Positions 25,451 through 34,038 of a stretch of 41,276 bases of DNA are shown here, piece by piece. Within the stretch, counting starts at the first letter, position 1. The number at the start of each line of letters is the position of its first letter. Under the pieces are notes generated by a model, which saw only the letters and a list, made by a program, of their open reading frames with translations, was not told the origin of the DNA and ran no database searches. This DNA is from a virus. A program made the position numbers and the translations under genes. Location: UHGV virus genome UHGV-0389628. One strand, given 5' to 3'.

Positions 25451-25473
25451 AAAAAACCACCTTTTGAAGGTGG
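25451..25473 (-). terminator. Intrinsic terminator downstream of the DUF3800-like gene
   Basis: ccaccuu-caa-aaggugg then UUUUUU on the minus strand. Confidence 0.55.
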
Positions 25474-25623
25474 CCCACAAGGGACGGCGTACTTACATTA
25501 CGCTTAATAATTATTATCGTATTCCTTGTGTCGGCAGTGCGAAATTAATTCGCCTGTAAGTTAATCATAAAGTAACTATCTGCTAAATGCAATAGTTATG
25601 CTTAAAAAAATTTAGCTTATTTT

Positions 25624-26316
25624 TTAAGGCAACCTCATACAAGAATGTTCCGGTATATTTCTCATTTCTCTGTTATCAATCTTGAACGATGTCCATAATC
25701 TGTTTGCCAATATATCACTAGCTTGTATCAAATAATTATGTTTAGAATCGCAATAAGACACATTTATTTCTAACTTACCTTTCCAAATAGGTTCATAAAA
25801 TACACCATAATTAAAATTATGAACACCATTTTTTAGTTCTTCATATACTGATTCCTCAAAATTATAATAGCCATTACTTGCAGTGGCTTGCTCATCCACA
25901 CAGATACATAGCTTTAAGTCGTCCTCTGGATTCAATAATCCTCTATTTATCAGCAACTTAATTTTTTCTTTGACCAGTCTTTTTAATACATAATCTTTAT
26001 ATCTGTGTATTGATTTTTTATGATCTAAAATATTTGACTGTACCCTTTTGATATCAACTGTTAATCCCATACTATGTTCGTTTTTTAAAACCCTGTATAA
26101 TTCGTATTTTTCACTTTTATCTAAATAACAAGCTTTTAATTCTTCTCTGTTACCTCGTTTGGTTTGGATTCGTTGAACCACTTTTTTATATTTTCTTTTT
26201 GCAATTTCTTTATTATCCTTGCCAATGAATGCGTATCCAGCGTAGACAAAAAATCTATTAGGTGCATTCCTATGCAAGATGCCTGAATCATCAAAAAATA
26301 AATGTAATTCTTCCAA
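25624..26316 (-). CDS. DUF3800-family protein (RNase-H-like fold, predicted), TTG start; moron
   Basis: N-terminal hLFFDDSG motif and a second acidic motif LCICVDEQ. 230 aa. Own RBS GGAGAA and terminators. Located between the lysis cassette and the att region. Confidence 0.55.
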   Translation of the reverse strand: MEELHLFFDDSGILHRNAPNRFFVYAGYAFIGKDNKEIAKRKYKKVVQRIQTKRGNREELKACYLDKSEKYELYRVLKNEHSMGLTVDIKRVQSNILDHKKSIHRYKDYVLKRLVKEKIKLLINRGLLNPEDDLKLCICVDEQATASNGYYNFEESVYEELKNGVHNFNYGVFYEPIWKGKLEINVSYCDSKHNYLIQASDILANRLWTSFKIDNREMRNIPEHSCMRLP

Positions 26317-26420
26317 CAGCCGCTTCTCCGATCATTTGTTATAAATATATGTTAATTTTACATCTTAGCCGTCTTTATAACAATAACTAAAATTGCAGAT
26401 GTAGCCTAATTATATGTACT

Positions 26421-26445
26421 GCCCCTCATCGAGGGGCTTTTTTTA
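26421..26445 (+). terminator. Hairpin gcccctc-atc-gaggggc + T7 (plus-oriented; overlaps endolysin stop)
   Basis: Perfect 7-bp GC stem. The U-run is on the plus strand only. Confidence 0.5.
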
Positions 26446-27462
26446 TCGTTGTGGAATATTTAAATACCAACGCTTGTCATGAAAATCTTGTGCTCCGCCT
26501 TTAGTGTTCCCTTCTGGATCATTCGTTGCACGCATCATGACATAGACTTTCTTATTAGGAAAATTACGCATGTTGAACGATACATGATAACCAACGTTTC
26601 CATAAGTACTATAAGATTGGTTTACATCTGGACGTGAAACGCCATTAGCATTTACTCGTGCTAACTCTTTGCCAGTATTATAGTCCATGATAAAAATGTA
26701 CTCGTATTGATAGTTAGCGATGTGCCAACCAGCCACATGTAAGTTTGCGTTTTCGATTTCTCCGAACTGATCAATGTGGGCGTAATTTGTTCCATCTGTC
26801 AGCGTAGAATTTGCTGCACCTGCTCTAGTTGGATCAATGACTGGTTTATCATCTGAAGTTGTCGGATTTTCATCGGTAAATCCATGAGCTAAATCATAGG
26901 CTAATTTTTCTTTACTTACGCCCATTTCAGAAAGATAACCGTAAGGATCTGTATGATCGCCCCAAATGTTTTGTGTTACCCATAAATGCGATTTGATTCC
27001 TGGTTGGTTATAAGGCGTGTCCAATGTTAATGGAATACCATATTTCATTGCTGAATCTCTAGCCAATTCAACGTATGCTTTGTAGTTTTTCTTAAACGTT
27101 GCTTTATCATGTGTGTGTTGTAACTCAATCTGCACGGGACTGTTGGCATTAGCATACGAACCAGCACCATACTGCACATAACCAGGTTGACCGACTTGAT
27201 AAACAATTCCGCCGTCTCCCACAATGTAAGCAGTGTAAGCACTAGTCCATGAACGTTGCATATACTGCGCTTCATTGCGTCCTGTTGCTGTTTCATTAGC
27301 CGTTTCATGCAGTAAAATGTACTGATTATTTGCTACTTGTGAGCTACCTTCGTTTGGGCCCAAATTAAATTCATTGTTAATCGTATAGGCAAACCCATTA
27401 ATTGGCAATAAAAAAAGAGCCGTTAATAGGCTCATCGCAGTAATAGTAATTTTCTTTTTCAT
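26443..27462 (-). CDS. Endolysin: N-acetylmuramoyl-L-alanine amidase with N-terminal signal peptide and C-terminal cell-wall-binding region
   Basis: Signal peptide MKKKITITAMSLLTALFLLPINGFA; amidase-like YILLHETANE segment; sits after the holin. Confidence 0.7.
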   Translation of the reverse strand: MKKKITITAMSLLTALFLLPINGFAYTINNEFNLGPNEGSSQVANNQYILLHETANETATGRNEAQYMQRSWTSAYTAYIVGDGGIVYQVGQPGYVQYGAGSYANANSPVQIELQHTHDKATFKKNYKAYVELARDSAMKYGIPLTLDTPYNQPGIKSHLWVTQNIWGDHTDPYGYLSEMGVSKEKLAYDLAHGFTDENPTTSDDKPVIDPTRAGAANSTLTDGTNYAHIDQFGEIENANLHVAGWHIANYQYEYIFIMDYNTGKELARVNANGVSRPDVNQSYSTYGNVGYHVSFNMRNFPNKKVYVMMRATNDPEGNTKGGAQDFHDKRWYLNIPQR

Positions 27463-27472
27463 TTGTTTCCTC

Positions 27473-27670
27473 CTATTTTTTCAAATTATAAGCCGACACA
27501 CCAGTGATAACACCTAAAAATGTTGCTACTGCATTGATAGTAAGTACTGTCATATCTGTTCCATTCCATCCATAGGCTTTGCCTAACATGGCTACTAAAG
27601 CAGATGCAGCTGGTAATACTGTTAAAACCGTCCATTTAATGACTTGATAATACTTATCGGGTAAAATCAT
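27473..27670 (-). CDS. Holin (small two-TM protein)
   Basis: 65 aa with two hydrophobic helices and a charged C-terminus (NLKK); immediately upstream of the endolysin. Confidence 0.75.
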   Translation of the reverse strand: MILPDKYYQVIKWTVLTVLPAASALVAMLGKAYGWNGTDMTVLTINAVATFLGVITGVSAYNLKK

Positions 27671-27693
27671 TTCTTCTTAACTCCTTTCTTTTT

Positions 27694-27987
27694 TTACCGA
27701 GATCTTTCTCTAAATAAAGTTTTAATTTGTTGTGTGTGTTCCACCAATTTTTCTGTATGTGTATCTAATCTTTCATCGTGTTTCTTTAGTTCTTCATGAA
27801 TCATCAATCGATCTGATTTGCTCGATTCTAAATCTTTAGTCAGCAAATCTAAATTGCGGCTTACTTTTGAAAGAGTTTCAGTAATCTTCGAGAAAGATGC
27901 AGTGACTGGTCTTATTACTAATAAAATCAAAGAAACAATCGCAGTGATTGATCCTGCGATTGTTCCCCATTCCCCTAAATTAATCAT
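27694..27987 (-). CDS. Membrane-anchored coiled-coil protein (holin-associated / XhlA-like)
   Basis: N-terminal TM segment (GTIAGSITAIVSLILLVI) plus coiled coil. Confidence 0.45.
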   Translation of the reverse strand: MINLGEWGTIAGSITAIVSLILLVIRPVTASFSKITETLSKVSRNLDLLTKDLESSKSDRLMIHEELKKHDERLDTHTEKLVEHTQQIKTLFRERSR

Positions 27988-28023
27988 GTGACAACTCCTT
28001 TACCTTAAATAAAAACGCATCAC

Positions 28024-28161
28024 TTAAGATGCGCTCTTATCTTTATTAATGATTTTATCTGCTTCTTCGTCTGTAATGCATAGTGGAACGAATAGTCGAA
28101 CTTGATCGTCAGTAAAACAGCCCCAATCATACATCATTTTTATATCGCTAAAACTAAACAT
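28024..28161 (-). CDS. XkdX-family small phage protein (45 aa) MFSFSDIKMMYDWGCFTDDQVRLFVPLCITDEEADKIINKDKSAS
   Basis: Perfect RBS AGGGAGGTGA. The XkdX-like pattern (W..f…V...V…ITdee..kI) is from memory. Below the track threshold. Confidence 0.5.
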   Translation of the reverse strand: MFSFSDIKMMYDWGCFTDDQVRLFVPLCITDEEADKIINKDKSAS

Positions 28162-28162
28162 A

Positions 28163-28609
28163 CTACTCACCTCCCTTTGAAGCTGGATTTAGTTGCTCTT
28201 TAATTTCTGAAATGTCTTTGCTATTTTGGAACGAAGCAAGCATCATTTTTGAATTGATTTGTGCTAAACTATCCGCTCTTTCTTTCAATGCAGTATTTTC
28301 CTGTTTAATTGCTACATCGCTTAGCATGAGTTTGGCGTTGATCTGTTTTAAATCGCCGTTCTCATTTTCTAACGACTCATACATCGCTTTGAGATTGTTT
28401 AAATCGTTGTGATCTAACGCGTTCGCTAACACAATCCATTGGTTCAGTTTAGGATCAAACATCTGATCAGCAATCGTTAACGGTTCGCCATCAGCACGAA
28501 TTCCTTCAAGTGGTGGCTGATCCGTGTAAGGAACGGATACAAGCATGTCGTCCAATACTTTTCCTGCGTACTCTCCGCCAGTACGTCCATATTTCCAAAT
28601 GTTTTTCAT
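28163..28609 (-). CDS. Hypothetical tail-associated protein (148 aa, C-terminal coiled coil)
   Basis: Between the receptor-binding protein and the XkdX-like gene. Confidence 0.45.
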   Translation of the reverse strand: MKNIWKYGRTGGEYAGKVLDDMLVSVPYTDQPPLEGIRADGEPLTIADQMFDPKLNQWIVLANALDHNDLNNLKAMYESLENENGDLKQINAKLMLSDVAIKQENTALKERADSLAQINSKMMLASFQNSKDISEIKEQLNPASKGGE

Positions 28610-28620
28610 TTATTTCCCTC

Positions 28621-30780
28621 CTACTTTTTTTCTGGATAACTATCGGCTGTTCGCCATTCTCCTGAAATATAATGATTTCCTACTCGATTAGTTGCAAATT
28701 TAACCACTTGTTTACCAGTTAAATCAGTGATAACCAAAGCACTGATTTCTCCTTGTGGCGTAGTCCACTGTACAACCGACAACGGAATCCCTACAATTGT
28801 CCATCCAATAGGAAACAGAAATCCTAAAGGAATTTCTAGTAGATTCACATGTGAAGCTACGGCTGTTGTCGAGTTTGTTTTTACTCGTGCGTGAAAGAAT
28901 ACCCTGTCACCAATACGTTCGAATTCGTAGGAAAATTCATCAAATGCGCTTTGCTTATCTGATTGAATAGTAGTCAAACCAGATCCACTCTGTAACACAC
29001 TACCTAAGTTTTTAACTGTTGCCACATCTACTCCGTCGATCTGGGCCCCATCTTTGAAATTTTTTAGTCCTAGAGCTGTTTGTGGATCAGTAAGGTTTAA
29101 AGTATTAGTTAAAGCTTTTTCAGCATATTCAGGCGTGATGTCCCAGCTGTAGTCGTTCGGATTGTTACTGTCTTTCAATCCTTCACCGAAGTATTTAAAC
29201 TGATTAATATTTGGAGTTCTGGCGTCGCCTTTTTCGATCTTGAGCCAGTCGATTTGACATGCGCCTGCTGTTGATTCTGGATACTGATAAATACGAAGGT
29301 CTTTAGGTGCAGTTGTCTCAAGATTCGTTGGTGTGAATGTTAGAGACCATACGTCTGTCAATCCCTCGACCGGTTTTAGGTCTCCAAAATTAACGTTCCA
29401 ACAATTATATGCTACAAAGGTTTGACTTGCGGGTTTTGTTCCTTTAAGCGTGATAGTATACGTTTGACCTATCATAAGCTCTTCTTCCGTGTCACCTTTA
29501 TATATATCGTACGCGCTAGATTTAATTGGAAACGCAACAGACTTATTAGCAATATTCTCACCCAAAGCCACCTTGCTCAAATAATACGGTGCATCAAGTA
29601 AGTTAGGTTGATATGGTGTGGCTGTTGAGCCTTCTTCAATCTTAACATCGCTAACAATCACACTACCGTTTATAACACCGTCTACCCAAACGTCTAAATA
29701 AAACCTTGATAAGTCTGCGATTTCATAATTAACAGTTGATGTACCCTTTATTATTATTTCTTTGCCTACTACTGCTGCTCCGTCACCGGTAGCAGTAAGT
29801 AATCTTGTACCACCGTTAGTTTTGCAATAAGATACTGTTATCTGGTCAATGTTACCAGTTGTACCTTCCTCTATTTTAACTTTTGCGCTTATAGTATACG
29901 TTTTGCCACTAACTAAACTAGGTATGTCAGTTTCAGTATACGTCCAAAGATGGTTGACCTTTTGAGAAGTTAAACGTATACTATTGTATCCTACGTCTGA
30001 TATTAAGACGTCACTATCGCCCTGTTTCCTAAAATCAGAAGCTTTAATTACACACATTAAATTTGGTTTTCCCGAATAATCATAGTCCCCGAAGTCGATG
30101 CTGTTACTGTACATCTTTTTCAGCTTGCCGAGATCACCGATTTGCTGATTGGTTTGATCAATACGAGCATTCGCCTTATCAATATTAGTATTGAGAGTTG
30201 CGACATCTTGATTGGCTTTCGTTATTTTGTCGTTTGTGTCTTTTACTTTCACATCAATCTGCGTTTCAGATTCCGCAATTTTCTGTTCAATCTCTAGCTT
30301 TCCATCAGCTAGAATTTTTTCGATTTTATCAATGGTCTGACTAAAACCATTGAAATAATAATCTTCTAGTTCTGGCTTACTATCATCAATTGGACTCCGT
30401 TTGATAGAAAAAGTAAAACGACCAGCCGTGTCTAACGACTGATCATTTGGGAAATCAATATAAACACTACCCTCGACTATTCCAACATAACCTAAAATAT
30501 TATCTTCTAATACGATAGAAACAATGCCATTCACACGATCTTCAATGGTGGCGAGATAGTCATGTTTCCCATATCCGCCTTCTGCTGTTGCAGAACGGAA
30601 CATCAGACGAATTGGAACGGTTGTTCCTTCTGGCAGACTTTGAGGAATGCCGTTTTTCCGAACTAATTTCATTCGAAGCTTGGCTGTTCCCCGATCATGT
30701 GACCAAAAGACAACATCTGTCTTGTTTGGACTAGTGGCTTCTGCTTGAATCACGATAATCGATTCATTAATTTTAAACAT
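28621..30780 (-). CDS. Receptor-binding / baseplate upper protein (BppU N-terminal domain, coiled-coil shaft, C-terminal β-sandwich modules)
   Basis: N-terminus MFKINESIIVIQAEATSPNKTDVVFWSHDRG…IDFPNDQSLDTAGRFTFSIK is BppU_N-like. 719 aa. Confidence 0.7.
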   Translation of the reverse strand: MFKINESIIVIQAEATSPNKTDVVFWSHDRGTAKLRMKLVRKNGIPQSLPEGTTVPIRLMFRSATAEGGYGKHDYLATIEDRVNGIVSIVLEDNILGYVGIVEGSVYIDFPNDQSLDTAGRFTFSIKRSPIDDSKPELEDYYFNGFSQTIDKIEKILADGKLEIEQKIAESETQIDVKVKDTNDKITKANQDVATLNTNIDKANARIDQTNQQIGDLGKLKKMYSNSIDFGDYDYSGKPNLMCVIKASDFRKQGDSDVLISDVGYNSIRLTSQKVNHLWTYTETDIPSLVSGKTYTISAKVKIEEGTTGNIDQITVSYCKTNGGTRLLTATGDGAAVVGKEIIIKGTSTVNYEIADLSRFYLDVWVDGVINGSVIVSDVKIEEGSTATPYQPNLLDAPYYLSKVALGENIANKSVAFPIKSSAYDIYKGDTEEELMIGQTYTITLKGTKPASQTFVAYNCWNVNFGDLKPVEGLTDVWSLTFTPTNLETTAPKDLRIYQYPESTAGACQIDWLKIEKGDARTPNINQFKYFGEGLKDSNNPNDYSWDITPEYAEKALTNTLNLTDPQTALGLKNFKDGAQIDGVDVATVKNLGSVLQSGSGLTTIQSDKQSAFDEFSYEFERIGDRVFFHARVKTNSTTAVASHVNLLEIPLGFLFPIGWTIVGIPLSVVQWTTPQGEISALVITDLTGKQVVKFATNRVGNHYISGEWRTADSYPEKK

Positions 30781-30795
30781 CTATATCCTCCTTTC

Positions 30796-32169
30796 TTAAA
30801 TAATTGGTATTGGGTCATTCGTTACCCATGTACCTGAAATATAAGATGATCCATTTCCTGAGTATGCGACTACGCGACTAGCTTGTGTTAAGCCTGCCCT
30901 TGCGCCAGCAGGTTGGGTTTCATTGCGATATAAAGCCAGCGGATGATAAGCAGGATAACTTTGATCACGTTGAAATCCAGCGGGAACCAAAATAACATTT
31001 CTTGTGTTAGAAGCATCAGAAGGATAATTATTGCATTCATACTTGATTGCTATTGTGACTGTGTCTCCTTCACGTTTAATAGTACCGTTAACGTTTGTAA
31101 TATTGTCACGATCGCTAATATCATCATTAGTGATTTGGCGAATGATTTTACCTGTAACGACATTCCCCTGATTTCTTACTTCAGCAATTCTATTCGCTTT
31201 TACCTTAGAACCAACAACTTTGATTCTAGCAGTTCCGTTATCCGCAATTATCCCATAGTCATTTCCAGTTCCTTGATCACTTGGATCAATGTTAATGTCA
31301 GCTAAATTTCTAGCTTCTGCAATACAGTTTTGATTTAGATAGTAATTATTGTTTGTAGCAATTTTTGAACCTCCTGTGGCAAATAAACAACGATTTGATT
31401 TCCCATAAGTAGTTTCAGCAAAACGACAATTCCAGACAGCTAAATAACTAGACTGTTCAGAATAAATTGCACACTTTAATTGTCCTGAAATATTCGCCTG
31501 ATCTACAAACTCGATTCCATTAACTTGTTGGTAACCTAAAGAGCTAATAAATGAAATGGAGCGAACTTTAACACTTAAGTCAGACGTTACATCTGTTACA
31601 CTTTGGCGACTGCGCAAAGTAATGCTAACTGCTTTGAGATTGCGAATCGCGACATCTTCAAGGTATACTCCATCGCCAATCCAAATAGTTACTCGTGAAC
31701 TAGTTAATAACGGTATTTGATTTACAGCAGCTTGAATTGTAAGAAATGGATTTTTTTCTGTACCATCCCCACTTTGATCACTTCCTGTTTTAGCAACATA
31801 TAAATCGAGCGTTTCGCCGTATGCTCCCATAAGAGTTCCAACAGAAACATTTAGTTGATTTAGCTGACCTTGTTGATTATCTTGTCTTGTCTTTAATTCT
31901 GTATAATTCAAATTGAAAAGGTTATCCAATGCTAATAATCTCGAATAAAGCGTTGGATAGATCGTACCTTCAGCATTTATTCGAGCATCCACTACTTCGT
32001 TAGGAGAATCACCGCCTGAATGAAGCACGAGATTATCTATACGACTGTTTGTTGATTTGTGCTGCTCGTCTAAATTTTTTTCCAAATTTTCTAAGTAGTC
32101 CACATTGTCATTGAATGTTTCTTTCCACTCGTTGGAAATTCGGTTATTCTTCAATTTTTCTAATTCCAA
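30796..32169 (-). CDS. Tail fibre protein with right-handed β-helix (pectin-lyase-fold, depolymerase-like) domain
   Basis: LYVAKTGSDQSGDGTEKNPFLTIQAAVNQIP…TIWIGDGVY is the β-helix N-cap signature. Confidence 0.6.
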   Translation of the reverse strand: MELEKLKNNRISNEWKETFNDNVDYLENLEKNLDEQHKSTNSRIDNLVLHSGGDSPNEVVDARINAEGTIYPTLYSRLLALDNLFNLNYTELKTRQDNQQGQLNQLNVSVGTLMGAYGETLDLYVAKTGSDQSGDGTEKNPFLTIQAAVNQIPLLTSSRVTIWIGDGVYLEDVAIRNLKAVSITLRSRQSVTDVTSDLSVKVRSISFISSLGYQQVNGIEFVDQANISGQLKCAIYSEQSSYLAVWNCRFAETTYGKSNRCLFATGGSKIATNNNYYLNQNCIAEARNLADINIDPSDQGTGNDYGIIADNGTARIKVVGSKVKANRIAEVRNQGNVVTGKIIRQITNDDISDRDNITNVNGTIKREGDTVTIAIKYECNNYPSDASNTRNVILVPAGFQRDQSYPAYHPLALYRNETQPAGARAGLTQASRVVAYSGNGSSYISGTWVTNDPIPII

Positions 32170-33189
32170 CTAAATCACTCCTTTTTTCGTTAGATTAGCG
32201 AGAATTGCAGTCATTGTTTTCTTTGTGTTGCTCAATGTGATTTCTGGTGGCTTATTTGGTATCGCTGGATACGTCTTGATTCCTACTACTTGAATATAGG
32301 TATTGACACCTAACGGCTCATAGACAAACGCCACGTAATCACCCTTATTAGGCTCTACGCGCCATTTCATAGTAACTGTGCCAGTGATTGTTGGATAGTC
32401 TTGCAAGTCTTGTTTCAAACGTTCTAGCATGTTCCCTGAAACGGTGTAACGATCATCACTAACTGGACTTTGGACACGTATACCCCATTTTTCCGACTGC
32501 TTACTTGTATATGTGATTGGCGTGAAGTAGTAAGTGTCGTCTTCTTTTTTCTTGCCAAATCCTTTTATCTGTGTTTTCAAATTAAAAGTATCAATATCAA
32601 ATTTCACGGAATCGGTATTGTATTTGTAGCGTATTTGTTCTTCAGTTTTTTTACCATATTCTGAACGAGGGAAGAAAGTAAGGTTTTTGTTGTCCGGAAT
32701 CACTATCGCATCATAGTCTTTCAAAATTTCTTCAACCAGTTTCAAATAGTTCCCATTCCCGAAGTTTTCTTGTTGAACTGTAAGAAATTTCTTATTTGGA
32801 TCAATGACTTCCCATGTAAAGCCGCGACTACCTGCACTAAATACATGCGTGAGTAACTGACTAATAGATCTCGCCCCTGTGATTGTGTCGTACTGAAAGC
32901 CATCTTGCATGGTGTAGTAAATGTGCGTGGCTGTAACTGTTTTTGTGATTGCTGCCCCTTCGGCAGAAACGCCCATTTGTTTTACGATAAACTCTTGTCC
33001 ATTGAAAAATACTGAATTTTCATAATCGACTAAATCAAAAGCCAATTCATTGAATTTTGTTTTGACAATAGTGAACGAAATTTCCCACGTTTCGTTCTCT
33101 TGCCAATTTTCAGTAAATGTACTTTTATCATAGTCAGTCAATATTTCTTTTTTTGTTTTCTCGTAGTCTTGGATAAAAATATCTTTCAA
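32170..33189 (-). CDS. Tail-associated lysin/endopeptidase-family tail tip protein (Tal, Prophage_tail)
   Basis: 339 aa following Dit; canonical position. Confidence 0.7.
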   Translation of the reverse strand: MKDIFIQDYEKTKKEILTDYDKSTFTENWQENETWEISFTIVKTKFNELAFDLVDYENSVFFNGQEFIVKQMGVSAEGAAITKTVTATHIYYTMQDGFQYDTITGARSISQLLTHVFSAGSRGFTWEVIDPNKKFLTVQQENFGNGNYLKLVEEILKDYDAIVIPDNKNLTFFPRSEYGKKTEEQIRYKYNTDSVKFDIDTFNLKTQIKGFGKKKEDDTYYFTPITYTSKQSEKWGIRVQSPVSDDRYTVSGNMLERLKQDLQDYPTITGTVTMKWRVEPNKGDYVAFVYEPLGVNTYIQVVGIKTYPAIPNKPPEITLSNTKKTMTAILANLTKKGVI

Positions 33190-33197
33190 ATTCCCAC

Positions 33198-34028
33198 CTA
33201 CTTATACAAAAAATTGAAGTCCCATTTTGACTCCACTCTAGTAACATTTTGTATTTCAATTTCATTCGTTCCAACCGCTAACGTTATCAAACCTAAATTC
33301 GTGTCAATTCCGCAATTTACACCGTTCAACTTCGGATAAACACGGTCTAAAGTCAAAGTTTGGCCTAGCAACGTAGAAAACTCCGGATAGTAGGTGAATC
33401 GTTCCCCTGTCGTTTTGTTGAAAATAGTCACGTTGCCTTCTGATTCACCTTCCAAAGTGATTTTTAGAGCATGTTCACGTGGATCAATAGCAAAATCGCC
33501 AGCATTATAAATGATAAAATTACTGGTTCGGTGCGTATACTTATAATCTTCCGCAACTAGACCTTGTGAAAATTGCCATTCATTAGACAGTGAAAAATCC
33601 GATAACGTGGAAGCCATCGATTCGGAACAACCTCTAAAAACAGTGAAAGTCGCCTTGTAAGTTGCATATCTTAGACCAACTTCATTCACTTCTACTGAGT
33701 TAGGACGGACAAAGTATTTTTTGCCCGGTTCTCTATCTGTAAAAACATAATATCCTTCGTCATCGAATAGAAACGCATATAATTCAGTTTCTTTTAGTTG
33801 ATAGTCATACATATTTTTGAATTCAGCATAAAATTCCACTTCGATAGTGAACGATTTGAAACTTTTTTCGACTTCTCTCGAACCGTTTGACCCTGAAAAT
33901 TCTTGGTATTCTACATTTAGTTGTGGTGCTTTTCGTGCAAAAGAAATACACTCTATGCCCAATTTTTCTTTTAGAGATACTATCTCTTGATTTTTTATGA
34001 AGCGAAAATCGATTAAATAGCCATTCAC
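33198..34028 (-). CDS. Distal tail protein (Dit, Sipho_tail)
   Basis: 276 aa immediately downstream of the tape measure. Confidence 0.75.
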   Translation of the reverse strand: MNGYLIDFRFIKNQEIVSLKEKLGIECISFARKAPQLNVEYQEFSGSNGSREVEKSFKSFTIEVEFYAEFKNMYDYQLKETELYAFLFDDEGYYVFTDREPGKKYFVRPNSVEVNEVGLRYATYKATFTVFRGCSESMASTLSDFSLSNEWQFSQGLVAEDYKYTHRTSNFIIYNAGDFAIDPREHALKITLEGESEGNVTIFNKTTGERFTYYPEFSTLLGQTLTLDRVYPKLNGVNCGIDTNLGLITLAVGTNEIEIQNVTRVESKWDFNFLYK

Positions 34029-34038
34029 TTTATCCCTC

